From Saccostrea cucullata (Eukaryota), in NCBI RefSeq assembly GCF_032062105.1, contig NW_026939745.1, forward strand, positions 1 through 64,000: 64,000 nucleotides of DNA, given 5' to 3'. Below are positions 1 to 13,699 of the stretch, piece by piece. Position 1 is the first letter of the stretch. Each line of letters begins with the position of its first letter. The position numbers and the translations under genes are program-made. The notes below the pieces were generated by a model. That model did not search any database, was not told the DNA's origin, and saw nothing but the letters and a program-made list of their open reading frames with translations.

Positions 1-86
1 TCCTCGTCCGGAGACCACTTCGTTCTCACTTTTTTCTCAACAACCTCTTTTGAGGCAAGGAGTTTTTCTATGTCTTTTTCTGCCAT
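1..86 (-). CDS. 5' end of a Myb/SANT-like (trihelix) DNA-binding protein, probably the second ORF of a PIF/Harbinger-type (Nuwa-like) transposon; runs off the window
   Basis: Manual translation from ATG at 86 gives MAEKDIEKLLASKEVVEKKVRTKWSPDE.., matching the R-x-K-W-S-x-D-E start of Myb/SANT-like domains. It lies about 460 bp from the putative element end at 18905 once nested inserts are removed. Confidence 0.55.
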   Translation of the reverse strand, partial: MAEKDIEKLLASKEVVEKKVRTKWSPDE

Positions 87-895
87 GTTTGATATTTTAC
101 ATAGGTGTATAGTCTGTTGTGTATATGCAGACGATATTGTACTTTGTCGTCGGATACAAAGTAACCAATACAACCCTTTACGTTTTACAAAAATCATATG
201 TAATTTCATAAGAATTTTCGAGAAAAATATAGCTTAAAACGTTTTAATGGAAAATAAACAAATGAACTCACCTCTATACCCATTGGAATACTGCCACAAA
301 TCACCAGCGTACACATTACCTAGGCGCCGCCATTACTGAAGAGTTCCAAAAAGACCGCTTGTGTAATTGAAAAAAAGTCCGAGTTCGTACTCCAAAATTT
401 CGAGTACGTACTCTTAGGAGTACGCAGGGTTCGAAATTCACTATATACAACTCGCAAAATGCGAGTTAGAATTTCCAAATTGCGAGTTGAAAAATTTGTA
501 ACTCGCAATTTTATGCGAGTTGATTTTTTTCACTGTAAATTTCACCATGGGAAAAATTTATCTGACATCCCTCATTTTTAAACCCATGTCCGACAACCTG
601 AGTGAGTGAGGCCTAAAAAAATCGACTGATCTTTTCAAATTACTTCCAGGTGGGTTTTTTTCTCCCAATCTGCGTGGTTTGATCAATCAGCTGATCCATT
701 TATTAAAAAAAAAATATTAATTTTAGCTTAACTTGAGACATATAAAATATGTCAACCTAGTTAACATTTACCTTGAATATAAAGAATAATCATAATGTAT
801 TATTGTAACAACAATTTCCCCCCACAACTTTGAAAGTTCGTTTTTTGTGGCTAGGCAGTCATGTTGGTTGCCATATTAGGTGTCCACTGTAAATA

Positions 896-3227
896 GGTAA
901 CGGGATGTTTCGCGCCGATGCATGGTTCGCACCGCGATGTTTCGCGCCTATTCTGTTTCGCGCTGAGATGGTTCGCCCCACGATGTTTCGCTCCCAGAAC
1001 ATTAAATTTATGCTATTTATTTCGTTCGTTTTGAAAAAATAAATAAATAAAAATTTATCATGTCTGTTAAAATTGATGTAAGTATCGAAATTTTGTTGAA
1101 TATTTATTAATATTTTGATTGTAGAAGTTTATTTGAAGTATTTAGTCTAATTGTTTATTATTTTTACACTGATAATTATGTTCATATAGTAGTTACTTTA
1201 GCTTACCGCCATCTAATTAAGTAATTCCGTAATTTTTGCCATATTGGGGAACCTATCCTGTCTATGCACCTATTTAAAAAGTTGGTGATCTAGATTGTAT
1301 GAATCAAATGTCCCTTTTGCATATGCATAAATGCTGAAAACTTTTAATTCTTTCAAATTTTATTTCAGCATTTCAATGTTTAAATATTTTATTGATTTGT
1401 TTAAGGTAGGACCAAATAGATAGGTCAAATTTTTCCTCAAATTCAATTTTTCTGAAACTTTGATATTTTGTTCTTGGATACAAAATATCTCTTTTTATAT
1501 AATATGAAAGAAATTCAACCGCACATTTTTTGCCCACGTAGTCTGAAATATGGCTTATCAGACCCCTGTAAGAAGATTGTGAAATCGAAAATTCGACTTA
1601 AGAATGAGCCTTATTTTAGAATTTTCTATTGATCTTTTGCAAATTTTTGTAATACTTTTAATAAAGATAACCTTTTTGTTACTTTATATTAGAGAGTCAC
1701 ATTGATAATGGAAAATTTGGATAAAATATGAAGTAAAATAGAACATACATTGTGTCAGAAACTAAAAATTCACGTGTAAATATCCGACAGTTTAAGTTTT
1801 CGTAAGAGAAAATGTATAATTAAATTTTTACAAAAAATCAACAGAATGATTCACATGGGTCTTAGAATAAAATGTGTAAAAATAAAGAAAATTGAACCGG
1901 TGGTTTCAGATATTTTGGCGATTAATAAAAATTCGATGGCAAAAAAACTAAAAGATTCAGTAGATGACGTCACAATATTTGACCTTTGACCTCGTGATAT
2001 GACCTTGACCTTTGTAGTACATAAAGAATGGAGACTCCTTATATATGTGTCAAAATATCACCCCTCTACTGTTTATGGAACAAAAGTTGCACTGCATTTT
2101 ATAACACACTGTTACATGCTTGTTTATTGCACTTAAATAGCGTAAACTCATTCCAAAATGTAAGCTCCCAAGTGACCAACATATAGAATTCTCTGATTTT
2201 TTCACAAAATATAAAGCAAATATGCCAAAACTTATTATTTTTCTTTTAGGTATCGTTTATTGTTGTTGATAAAGTAATATTATTCTTTTTTCCTCCAGTA
2301 CTTCTTAAGAAATGGGTTGAAATAGAATCCACGGGTGTTTTGTCCTACCTTAAATGAAAACAATTAGGTTTTTGAATGAAAATTGATTTCTGACTCCTGT
2401 GAACATTAAATTATTGGTAAAATAAAAATGTATACAGTTAGGGGGTTGTCATCTTTTTTTTGGAACATAATATTGATTAATAAAACTGATTGTAAAATTG
2501 ATACTAGATGCTGTCATGAGACAGTAATACCCGCACTAATGTGTTTGCCTCTAAATACACAATCCTACGGGCGGCTTACCAAGGAAAAAGTCAAAATAAT
2601 TCTATATAATTCAGGCACGTAGCATCATTTTTGAAAGGGGGGGGGGCAACCTGACGGACGGACATGAGTAACAACAGTATACCCGAACTTTCTTTAGAAG
2701 GTGCGGGTATAAAAATCAGATTCATGTATCATGTAAAATCAGAAAAAACAATTGGCCATTTATAAAGCCAAGTTTATCGACTAAGAAAATATGTTTAGCT
2801 CATTAAATTTTACAATCAAACTTCCTGGTGGATTATTCTATACACAAGTTCTCATAAACACAAATTATATTTTTTCAAGTTCACGCAGATAATTGTCGTA
2901 AGACTTTATAATTGCTGTAATAAATTAATTCTCACCTTTTGATCTCCAACTAATTACAACCAAATAGCTGAACACACACGCTGAGCAAACGGGCGCCATA
3001 TCAACATTTAGGATCCGTTACCTGTGGCACCGCATATTATAAAGTCATGATTCTGAGCATACAACACTTATTTATATCTAAGATTTAATAAATGGTCTTA
3101 AATTATTACAAAATAAATGAAATATTAAAAAAAGAGGGGAGATGTTTCGCACCAAAATCGGCGCGAATCATGCGGGCGCGAAACATCGCAGTGCGAAACA
3201 GAATCGGTGCGAAACATCCCGGATTCC
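896..3227. mobile_element. Non-autonomous TIR element, GG..CC ends, 8-bp TSD (Merlin/Mutator-like)
   Basis: Perfect TSD TGTAAATA at 888-895 and 3228-3235. TIRs GGTAACGGGATGTTTCGC and GCGAAACATCCCGGATTCC, with arrays of (T/G)TTCGC subterminal repeats. Confidence 0.85.
1405..2349. mobile_element. Kolobok-type non-autonomous element
   Basis: TTAA|GGTAGGAC ... GTCCTACC|TTAA (TTAA TSD, RR termini). Confidence 0.75.
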
Positions 3228-3788
3228 TGTAAATATAACACCTGGTTTATTCAGTCCGGGGATGTTTGGATCTACACATGTATTAATCATATTAAGGAAA
3301 AAAAATCTTGACCTTCTGAACAATGATTTTTGGGAAATGTTACAGGAAACAAACATATTTTTTTTTAAACCTCATGTAGAAAATTTTGAATTTTTTTTAA
3401 ATGGATGGATGGTGATTTATTTCGAGAAAGCTTTTATTTTAAAATTGCGAGTTGTCTTTTGAAATTGCGAGTTCATATTTTTGTAACTCGCAATAGGACT
3501 CATTCGTCATATTTGTGACGTCAGGTGTCGCTGGTGTACTAGAGGTGGTTACGTAAACGCTTTAATCACCGCGGCGCTTGTAACAATGTAAACAAATGGA
3601 CGTGTTCTCGAACTTGGAGCTAAACCATGCTAAACGGAGGGGCTGAATCGATCTTTAATCGAGCTGTCACAACCGGGAAAAAGGGTTATCCGAATCTTGG
3701 GTAATTATTTTTTGTAAATAATATACATTTATGGAAACCTTCTAAGAATTATCGAGTGTAACATGCCTATATATGAGGAAGACAATTG

Positions 3789-3976
3789 CAATCTAATTAA
3801 AATCAGACTTCTTAGATCCGCGCCGTATACACTCTGCATCATGACGAGAAATTATTTTAGTCAAGGGCAAACAACCTGTATTGTGACGTTACCTATTTTC
3901 GATAGTATCCTAATTTCGACACCTCACGCAGAGTGTATACGGCGCGGATCTAAGAAGTCTGATTTTAATTAGATTG
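3789..3976. mobile_element. Small MITE with perfect 49-bp TIRs
   Basis: CAATCTAATTAAAATCAGACTTCTTAGATCCGCGCCGTATACACTCTGC at 3789-3837 and its exact reverse complement at 3928-3976. ATGAGGAAGA is repeated in both flanks. Confidence 0.8.
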
Positions 3977-4559
3977 ATGAGGAAGATAGTACAACGACAA
4001 AGATAGTACAACGACAAAGCATTGAGTTTACAATCGACATTTTTGTAGATTGTCGGATTTATTATCATCTTTATCACTTACACAAACACTAGATTCAAAT
4101 GAAATTAGTATATGATATGAATTCTTATGGCTATATTATGTTATTTATTCCTTTTTACATGACAATCATCGCACAGCTAGGTTATGTAGGTCTACACTGG
4201 TTATATACTGTTGCATTTCGTTGTTGTTGTTTAAAAGAGCAACGTCCCAAATGATCATCAAGGGTAATTAAGTGCAACGTTATATTCATTGCAAGGCAAA
4301 TACAAACTAAACATTCATTTTATTTGAACAGATTACAAAAAAAAAAAATAATAATAATAATAATAACAAAACTGGAACAAATACAAACATCATATTTCAA
4401 CCCTCACCAAAAGACTCTCCAGATCCTACACAAAGATAAATTAAGTGGCCGTTCATTGATACTGGATAAAGATAACTGATTAGCCTCATATTGTTGTTTT
4501 TTAAATAAAAAAAAAAAATTGAGACTGGTACTTTTACTTTGATGTAAGTCGCTCACATT

Positions 4560-4819
4560 TCACAGTGGTTAGAGTGTCTGTCCTGTCTACAGTCGTCAAA
4601 TCTAAGAGCTGAACCTAATGTCGACGGTTCAAATCCACTGTGTTACATGGAGAGATGAGACCGTATAAACCGTGGTCCTGTTTGCACAAAAAAGATCCAT
4701 CACTGCTCAATGGCCCACAGTGCCAAGAATAGGTATATTTGCAGTCCGCCATCAGCAAATGATGGTGTCTCCATATGAGTAAAGAATTCTTAAGAGGGAC
4801 ATTAAACAACAAACAAACA
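4560..4819 (+). mobile_element. Degenerate tRNA-derived SINE
   Basis: A-box-like CAGTGGTTAGAG and a 3' body (CTGCTCAATGGCC..GAGGGACATTAAACAA) shared with the SINE at 48970-49325; (CAAA)n tail. Confidence 0.65.
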
Positions 4820-5350
4820 TAGATTTAATATGTGCCCTTATACTTTATTGTGCATATGTATAATTTGAAACTTATTTGTTCTGTACATATTTTTTCATAG
4901 TCAGTAGCTACATGTATACTTAGACACCTTTGTTATAATTAAGGTAAAAATGAGTACCAATATTTTAAAGTTATAATTTGCTAGATCCATTTTATACAGT
5001 ACCGGTATTTGTGTTTCTATAATGTGACCCTCAACAACTTAGTTTACATTTACAATTTCATTACCGGGTAAATCGAAAAGATATACCCAGTAATTAAATA
5101 AAACCTGCTGCATGTAAAAATAAATAAAAGGAATATATATATACATGTAGTAGCTGTTATTGTACAACTAAATACAAAAAAACATAATTTTACAGTCCTC
5201 TGAAAAAAAGAATTTATTATCAGGACTATGGATAGACCTCACTTACAAACTGACTTTCTATTTGTTTCTAAATAAAAACCTATACTGAGTAAATTGGGTT
5301 ATTTTTTAATTATTTAAGAATAAATATTTTTTTCATTTTATTTTATTTAG

Positions 5351-5840
5351 GAGATCAGCAGGTAAAATAAGATGTCAAAGCTTACAGGAAGCTTTATTAT
5401 GGCTGGATGGTACATGTAACATAAAAATTCTATTTTTCCCCGTCCTCATGAAATGGCATCCATCCTATTGTCAGTGCTGCCAGGAAAAAAAAAGAACTGG
5501 TATGTAATCGCATTTGTCATTGTGTTTTTTTTTAAATGAAAGAAAGTATACTGATAATTTATACATAAGCAATACTTCAATGCTTCCAATTTTAATTCTA
5601 AAAAAAAATGAATTTCCTTTTATTAACATTAGGTGTATTACAACCTAAGACAAAGTGTTGAGATGTTTGGCAGTCCTATACATTCACAGAGAAAATGTTC
5701 TGCTGGAAATATGGGGCAACATTCAGCCTGTACACACACAGACTAGTTATGCTCATGCTTGGCAAATTCTCTAATAGATGGACTACAATAATCTTGTATG
5801 CAGTATCTTCAAGCTTTTCGAAAACTTACAATTACAATAG
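5351..5840 (+). pseudogene. Relic exons of the ISL2EU accessory (SWIM Zn-finger / YqaJ-type) gene
   Basis: After the AG acceptor at 5632: VYYNLRQSVEMFGSPIHSQRKCSAGNMGQHSACTH*, a decayed CxCxAG..CxH SWIM motif, then SCMQYLQAFRK in another frame. Stops and frameshifts present; the nuclease part is not recognisable. Confidence 0.45.
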
Positions 5841-8199
5841 TAAGGATTCCATTTTAATTTGAAAAGTAGTTCAATTTTATTTATAAATTAAAAATATTTA
5901 AAGACAGTTTATTTTACCGAAAAACAAGTACAGTCATGATAATGCTATTACATGTACTCTATACTAATAATTGCTACTCATTCTTATTTGAAGGGATTCC
6001 ACCAAAAACTGAAAGAGAAAAGAAGCTGATGTACTCAAGCAATCCCTGGCAAGAGAAATTAATTTGTGAAATGAAAGAATGCACAGACTTAAACATTTTA
6101 ATATTTTTTTGTACAAAAATTGACATTGAAAGGAATTTACTGTATGTGTAGTTAAAATAGCGGGCTTCATATTTCATCTACTTTTGCACGAATTAACGAG
6201 GTGCCATTGTAGTACAAAATTAATTTAGGTTGGATAAGAGTTGTTCTCTGACAAAAAATTGGTACAAGTTAACCACAATCCGTGTCCCAGTTACAATCAT
6301 CGATCCTTTTCATATCCGGAACCACCAGCATCGCGTTGAGACACATAAAAAGACAAATATATTCAGAAAAGAAGAGGATGTGCTAATATTCATGAATACA
6401 CTAAGAATTCATTTATAAATAGAATATACGACACAAATATTTGTAACGCTAATTCATGATTATGCCAACAACTCCATATTTATTGATTGCGCTAAATTTT
6501 GAAAGTGCTAAATTATGTACATGTACAGTATCTTTCCCTAGCTTGAACTTTTCTCTGTTAAGGATTTTGCTTATTTTATTCATGGCTGTAAATAAATAAA
6601 ATAAATAAAACGATAAAGATTGTATTAAATATTTATACATGTTTATTCCTTTCATACTTAAATTTGAGCAGTTAGGTACAATGTTCTTGTAAACCAATGT
6701 TCGTGGATTTGACGAGTCTCTCTTGCCCATGGATTTTGTTAACATATTGATTGAATCTACATTATCAATGAGTTATAATCCACAAAATTACATACCCATG
6801 AACGATTTTTCTTGTCCATGAACATTGAACCCCACAAATTAACATGACTAAAAAGATTCCACAGAATTCATAAAACATGTACTATCATTTTTAATTCTTT
6901 TTCAAAGCAAGCAAAAATAATTTTTTAAAAAATTTTCTAGAAATTAAACATGTGTCAAAAATTCTTAAAACTATGTACTTGTGTTCTGAAAGAAGTAAGT
7001 GTGGTATATTACAAATATTTGCCCCCTTTCATATTTCAACAATATTTATAATAGAAGATGAACATGAGTCTACCTTTTCAATTATAACTTTATTTTATTG
7101 TTCTGATGCCCCCGTTGCCTAGCAACCACCCACGAAAAAGCAATGTTGAAAGCTCTTGGATTTAATATTTAACTGTTTTGGGAAATAATAACCAACAACA
7201 ATATTTTCATTTTAGCTTTATAATGATCATATGTACTGAAAATTCCTAAACATTGCATTAACAAATTTATTTTGATGGGAAAACACCATAGCAACCACTC
7301 AAACATATCTTAGCAACCAGTTTATTTACTATAGCAACCAATATGAGTATGAAGTGAAGAAGTCAATACATGTCATATATTCATTAGCATTAAAGTTAAT
7401 TGAAGTACTATTTATATCTAAGCTTCTATTTCACTGGTAATGCAAAACAAAATATTTCCTAGCAATGCTTAATAATTCCATGGCAACCACTTACTATTTC
7501 AGACATTAAAATATTTTAAAGAGCCACATTTTATACATAAAAAATATTGCACTTTTACATACAGTGCATCCCTATGGCACACATCAACAAAGATTCAATC
7601 CAAACTTTGTATATCAGAAAAGCTTCCTCAAAAAATATTTTCAGGTTTTAGGATGTTATGGATGTATGGTTACCTTGGCAACAAGTCTCAAATTTGGAAA
7701 AAAAATAATATTTGATCATTTTGAAATCTTATCGCACATTTTTATGGTCTAACAGGGAACAATGGTCTTTGCTGAAACACAAGTTTAAGGCTTCATATTT
7801 CATATTTATGGAAAAGTCAATAGGGTATAATCCTATTTTCTGGTGTTGCCATGGAAACAAAACAAAAAACAAAAATTAGCAATTTTACAATCTGACTTTT
7901 TTAAATCTTCAGATTAATAGTACATACATTACAGTTGCTATGGAAATGGAATCAAAAATGAAGATAAGCAATTGTTTTGTGGCTAGCATTTACACTGAAT
8001 CATGCCATTGCCTAAAATCATTTCTAGGTTTAAAAGGTTATGACTAATAAAGAACAGTTTCAAAAAATGAGGAAGAGGTAATTAAAACATATACATGCAT
8101 ACAGGTAGCCTTACTTTGAAAATAAGATGAGTAGAATGTAAGAGATAGTTCATATTTTGCAATGCATATATGATCATGTAAAATATTCCATTGTCTTCA

Positions 8200-8367
8200 N
8201 NNNNNNNNNNNNNNNNNNNNNNNNNNNNNNNNNNNNNNNNNNNNNNNNNNNNNNNNNNNNNNNNNNNNNNNNNNNNNNNNNNNNNNNNNNNNNNNNNNNN
8301 NNNNNNNNNNNNNNNNNNNNNNNNNNNNNNNNNNNNNNNNNNNNNNNNNNNNNNNNNNNNNNNNNNN
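8200..8367. other. Assembly gap (168 N)
   Basis: Run of N. Confidence 1.
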
Positions 8368-8800
8368 ATATCTCAAACAGACCTGTATGAAGGGTTTAAC
8401 TTGTTTAAGGTTAAAGCTTATTTACTATCAATATCAGATTATTTGACAGTTAGAGACTGATTTGTCTCCCACCGATAAAAATCATCACATTTTACATGAA
8501 AATATCATTTTATGTATTATTGTGTATATCATTACAGACATTATACTAGTATCTTAATAATTTTATTTCAGCATAACTGATTCTTAACATATGTTTCCCT
8601 CTAAATTGTTTATCATTGTTACCCCATGTTTCCACCTTGAACATACCAGCAAAGGCAAATTCATATAAATTAAATGTAAAAAAAACCATCAAAGATATAA
8701 CTATCCAATCAAATCTACACTGATTGCTGAAGCAAACATAAAATGTAATACATATATCATTTGAGATGAATTTCCTTTGAAAGATCTATTTAATCCTTAA

Positions 8801-9279
8801 GGTACTCCGATCCTTAGATTCTGAAAATCAGGCATTGACTAATTGAACAAACTTACAAAAATGTGTCTGAATTCTTAAAGTAACATATTTTTACCCACAA
8901 TAATTCTTCAAACTGCATCTTAAAGTTAATCATATTATATAAAAAAAATTAATAAATCTGAATTAAATGTTCTAGAAATGCGAATAAAAAAACTACAATA
9001 CATTTTCTATTCAAAATTGATCATCAACAAACACATTTTAGAAATGAAAATCATAGGCATCCAGGCTTTTGAATAAATATCACAATGTTTATACATTTAA
9101 GGCAGCTGTAGTTTCTGTGGTAAGATTAAAATGAACCTCAATTTCTTTACAAACATGTATGTAATTTTAAAGTACTTTCATGGCGTAAAATTTTTTCCCT
9201 TCATAAGCATCATTTTGAGATTTTTTAATATAAATTAGGAATTTAAGAGTTATCTGTCCTGGCTGAGGATTGGAGTACC
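8801..9279. mobile_element. Kolobok-type MITE (479 bp)
   Basis: TTAA|GGTACTCCGATCCT ... AGGATTGGAGTACC|TTAA. Confidence 0.85.
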
Positions 9280-9293
9280 TTAATTCCTGAAAT

Positions 9294-11490
9294 TCACTCC
9301 TCCACAATGTCACTATCTGAATCTTCTTGGTATGCCGCATTCAGAAAGTGACATTTAGGTCCAGGTCCAGATGACAGTGGTTCTTCACTCTGATGCCTTT
9401 TCCATCCAAGGAACCACAGTACACTGGACACATGGGCACAGCAACCAACCAGTCTTGCTCCAATTTTGCATGTACAGTACCAACCACAAATGGCCTCTAC
9501 ACTCTCCTCTCTACCTCTATATTTTATCCAAAGTGTGTGAAGAACATTTCTAGAATGGCGAGACTGAATCTTAACTCTCAAAAGATTTGGAAAATCATGG
9601 CATACCATAACTTCATAGCTGCCTTCATCTTTTAAATGTTCTCGTGTGTAATTCTCTGCATGTTTGACTTGATAAATACCTAATGTCAGGGAGCGTAGGT
9701 CATCGAGTGAAAGGACAGGAAAATCAGCAAGTTCAGAGGATGCATCGATAGCTGAATATACAGCACGGCGAGTCAACAGCTTATTTTCTTGAACAAGAAC
9801 CTGGACTTCATTGGATTTCTGTGACCTTTCTAGCATTTTGATGGCAACACTTTCAGTCTCAGGGTCCATGCTACCAAGACAAGGCCTGAAACAGTTACAT
9901 AGTGCACATACGATTCTAACAAAATCCCCAACCTGTGGAAGTAGCTTGTTAGGAATAACTTTGTCCAGTAGTCTCCACTGTTTAAGTCTGCCATTAGCAC
10001 TCTCAACTACCCATCTTACTTTAGTGACCATTCTTGAGAGGTTGGCTTCCGTAGTTGTATGTTGCTTTTCTCCCCTTTGCAGATAGAATGGCATGTGGAC
10101 TTTCAATCCAATATCTTCCATAAAGGTCACTGCATCTCTGAACCCTCTGTCAACTACGACCACATCATCTTCTTTCAACCATACTGGAGCAAAAAAAAAT
10201 ATCAATGTTATTACTTTTATTATATCTTGACTTCCACGAACTTGGGTCTATTGAAAAGACATACTTGTATTTCAAATCTGTAACAGTAAACATACCTTGA
10301 ATGTTTTCTGCATTTTGAGAATACATATGCTTTGTTATGCTGGCATCATTGTTGTGACAATCTGCCACATATGGTCCCATAACACTTAAAATGTACCCAT
10401 CAGAGGCCACAACCATCATAGGTTTCACTAAAGGACGGTTTTTATGGAGACTGTATGAAAGGCGCTGAAATTCGTAGTCATAGCTCTTTTGGATGTATAT
10501 ATATGTACCATCCAAGATGATAACAGCTTGATCTTCCTCAGTGGTGAAAAGCTTTCGGGCAATTGGAGTTGTATGATGCTGAGAGAATTCCTGATGACTT
10601 ATATGTTGGAATCCAAGATGTTTTGGCACAAAATTCTGCATGAGAGCCTCTCTTACTGATGGAATTATTCTTTGAATCTGATATACAGAAAGCTTGAAGA
10701 TTGTGGAAAGTATTGTGTTGGGAAGGCCAGTGCGGAGTTTTGTCAGGAATACAGCAAGACAAGTTCTCTTGGTACGGCTGGAATTGTTCCTTATATTCTT
10801 TAATTCATGAACAAGTTCTGCAAATTGCTCTTTTCTCAAGCCAGTGAGACACAAATAGTCTTCTTCACTCAGAAGAGATGGTACATCAAAGTTGAGGTAA
10901 GTTGCAGATTTGATGGTACTTCTAAGGCTAGATAAAAGCTTGCATATGTCAGTTCTTGATAGTTGTTCTTCATCTTTTGTTGTCGTTAGTCCTGAGAGTG
11001 CATCTTTATTTAGGTAGCCATCTTCAACATGCATCTTGCAACATCTGCTGTCATCATTGATGAAGATTCCCGTTTCAACAAAAGCTTGTACAATGGAGGA
11101 CGCTGGGATATTTATAAGGCGGTTTCTGTTAGAGTATGGCTTTCTGCAAATGACACATTTTCTGTGACCTTTTGGCGTTGATGTTATGGGAAGGCATATT
11201 GATTTTGGACTTTTTAATGAAGGATTTGAATCTGAGTTACACGTGGGCAGAGGTGGGAAGTATTCTGGATCACTGCATATTAGAGTACATGTATTTGAGG
11301 CACCAACAACTGTTCGTTTGCGAGAAAAGGATTGGTAACATTTATGACAAACTACATCCTCCTTAAGTACAGCTCTCCCTAGTCGCCGCTCTGTTTCCTT
11401 TATCAGCGGTTGCGTTCTAACGTGCCTCCTTGACTCAGATCCACCGCAACTTCTCTGATGACACCAGCAACAGTCGTATGCTTTAGGCAT
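9294..11490 (-). CDS. Intact 694-aa IS5/PIF-Harbinger/ISL2EU-family (DDE_Tnp_4) transposase with N-terminal Cys/His fingers, HTH and C-terminal SWIM finger; exons 11490-10296 and 10183-9294
   Basis: A phase-1 GT..AG intron (10295-10184) joins the 450-aa and 303-aa ORFs in frame (2085 nt; junction NIQ-V-WLKED). Catalytic motifs IILDGTYIYIQK, VVVDRGFRD and RWVVESANGRLKQW; HTH LTGLRKEQFAEL; SWIM WYCTCKIGARLVGCCAHV; CVIC..RCCKMH THAP-like finger. An upstream acceptor at about 11508 implies 5' UTR exons. Confidence 0.9.
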
Positions 11491-13699
11491 GATGAGAAAG
11501 GTTGCTCCTGAAATCAAAATTTAAAAATATAGTGGTAAAAAATTGTTATAAGTTAATTTTCAAAGATATTTTCTGTATTTGCATAAATGTATAGTGCATG
11601 TACAGTTACATGGATCAAAGAAAGGGTTTTCTACCATGATGAAAAAACACACAAGGGCCTTGACACTGTTTATTTGAATAATAAAATGCTTTAATTTGCT
11701 TTGTAAACTCTTTATGACAAAACTCTTTGTCGGTACTAAAACATACTATTAAAGATTTCATCAGCACAACACTTTCCATGCATCTTTTATTTCTTAATTA
11801 AATTATAAGAGTTATAATTATTGGTGTGTTAATGAAGCTTTGGTAATCTGCCCATAGGTTTAAAATAGGACTATTCAATTCAGGGAATTAATTTATGTGC
11901 CCTACTTCAGAATTTTTTTTATTTAATATATGAATTTCTGACCTTGACATTTAACTCTTTTATTTAATAATCAAAAGGGTCTTTCTTATAAGGAGTTATG
12001 AGGTAAAATATGATAGCAAAGTATATGAATTACTTTCTGAAAAATCAACTAGACACATAAGTGTTTTGAACTGACAAAGACAGCTAGACAGACAGAAGGG
12101 CATGTCCAAAATATAACCATGCAGTTTAGTGAAGGTGTGAACAATACATGTAACTTGTGTTTATCTACAATGTGCTGATTTCATAACCTAGCTCAAATTC
12201 ACATTACAATGTAATGCCTCAAATAACTGCAGATATCTTCAATTATTCAAAGATACATGTAACACCGGTACCAATTCCTTTGATATGATTTATAATTTAA
12301 TTATTATTAATAATATCTCTTTTAATAGTTAATGATATATTAGTGATATATCTGATTTATTGCTTAATGCATCAATGCAGTTGTTGATATCATTTGCTGA
12401 TTTGAATGTGCACAATAATTTTGCTCTCTTTAATCTAATTTAATTGAAAAGACTAATTATAATTAATCTAATGAGTACAATAATTGAAAAGAAATGTTTT
12501 CATCCTTTGACAATATTGTGTGCATTAATTTAATAATTGTTCTCTTCAATTAAATAAATAATTAAGGCTTGCAACTTATTAATTTACAGCTCATTTGTGC
12601 AAGTAAATACAGAAGAATGGACATTAACATACAGAAGATATAGTGTTCTCTTTCCATAATGTTATTTTGTACTAGATTTTGTACAATGCAATTGAATATG
12701 TTGATGTCAAAATGGGCATTTAATTAATCACAAAAAAAAAGATCTTCTAGGCTTAAAAAAAATCTGTAATTACATCTTTATGGTACATCCTTTTTTTTTA
12801 AATGTCCATGTTTGGGTTTTTTTTTTGTGTTTTTTTTTCCATTAGTGTATATGGGCTCTAAATTATACACTGCATAATTAATTTTTTTTTTGAAAGTCTT
12901 TTTCAATAAAATTAAAATGATTTTCTTGGAAATAATTTCGTTAATATTTTCAGAGGTTTAAAATTCATCTTCAGAATTTAATAAAATAATCCTTCGTCTT
13001 TTTTAAAATCAATTTTGAAAAAGAACCAAATTGATTTATTCATTGATTTTAGAAGTATGTATGATTAAAAATATTATAACTAATATGAACATGTATTAAT
13101 TTTTTAATTCTCAATTATGTCAATATTCCAATCTAATTTTTATTCTATCAAATATACGTAAATGAAATATAAAGAACCTATAACAATAAATTCTTGATTC
13201 AAGAAGCTTAGAAATATCCCGTGTGGGACCTCAATGCCGATTATTTCCCTTGTATATTGCTAGGAAACTGTAAACAAATCCAGCGATATGCAGTAGCCTA
13301 TAAATAGATTATATCTGGTGTTTATACATTAATCCATGGACTTTAACTGTTACCATTAATTTCGATTTGGTATTCCTAGCTATTCTTTTGAAAAGTAGCT
13401 CCATTTTCCTTTCTAAAAATCGAAAAAAGCCTAGTAGCACATTCATTTTTTAACAGCAGCTGATATGTAGGCCTAAAGAACACTTTAATCTGTTTGCTTT
13501 GTATGTTTATTTATACATACATCTAAATGTTCACCATTTGATCACTTACCTAATATTGCAGTAATTACGGCATGGGCATTATCCTGTTATTCGCTCCGCG
13601 GAATGAATAATATTTGACGTTGTTGACGTTACGTTTTTCTTCATATTTATACTTGACTTTGAACATGTTGAAAGAATACATAAATACTTTCAGATATTA

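Noticed and set aside
8157-8460. ORFs spanning the N run
   Set aside because: Artefacts of the assembly gap.
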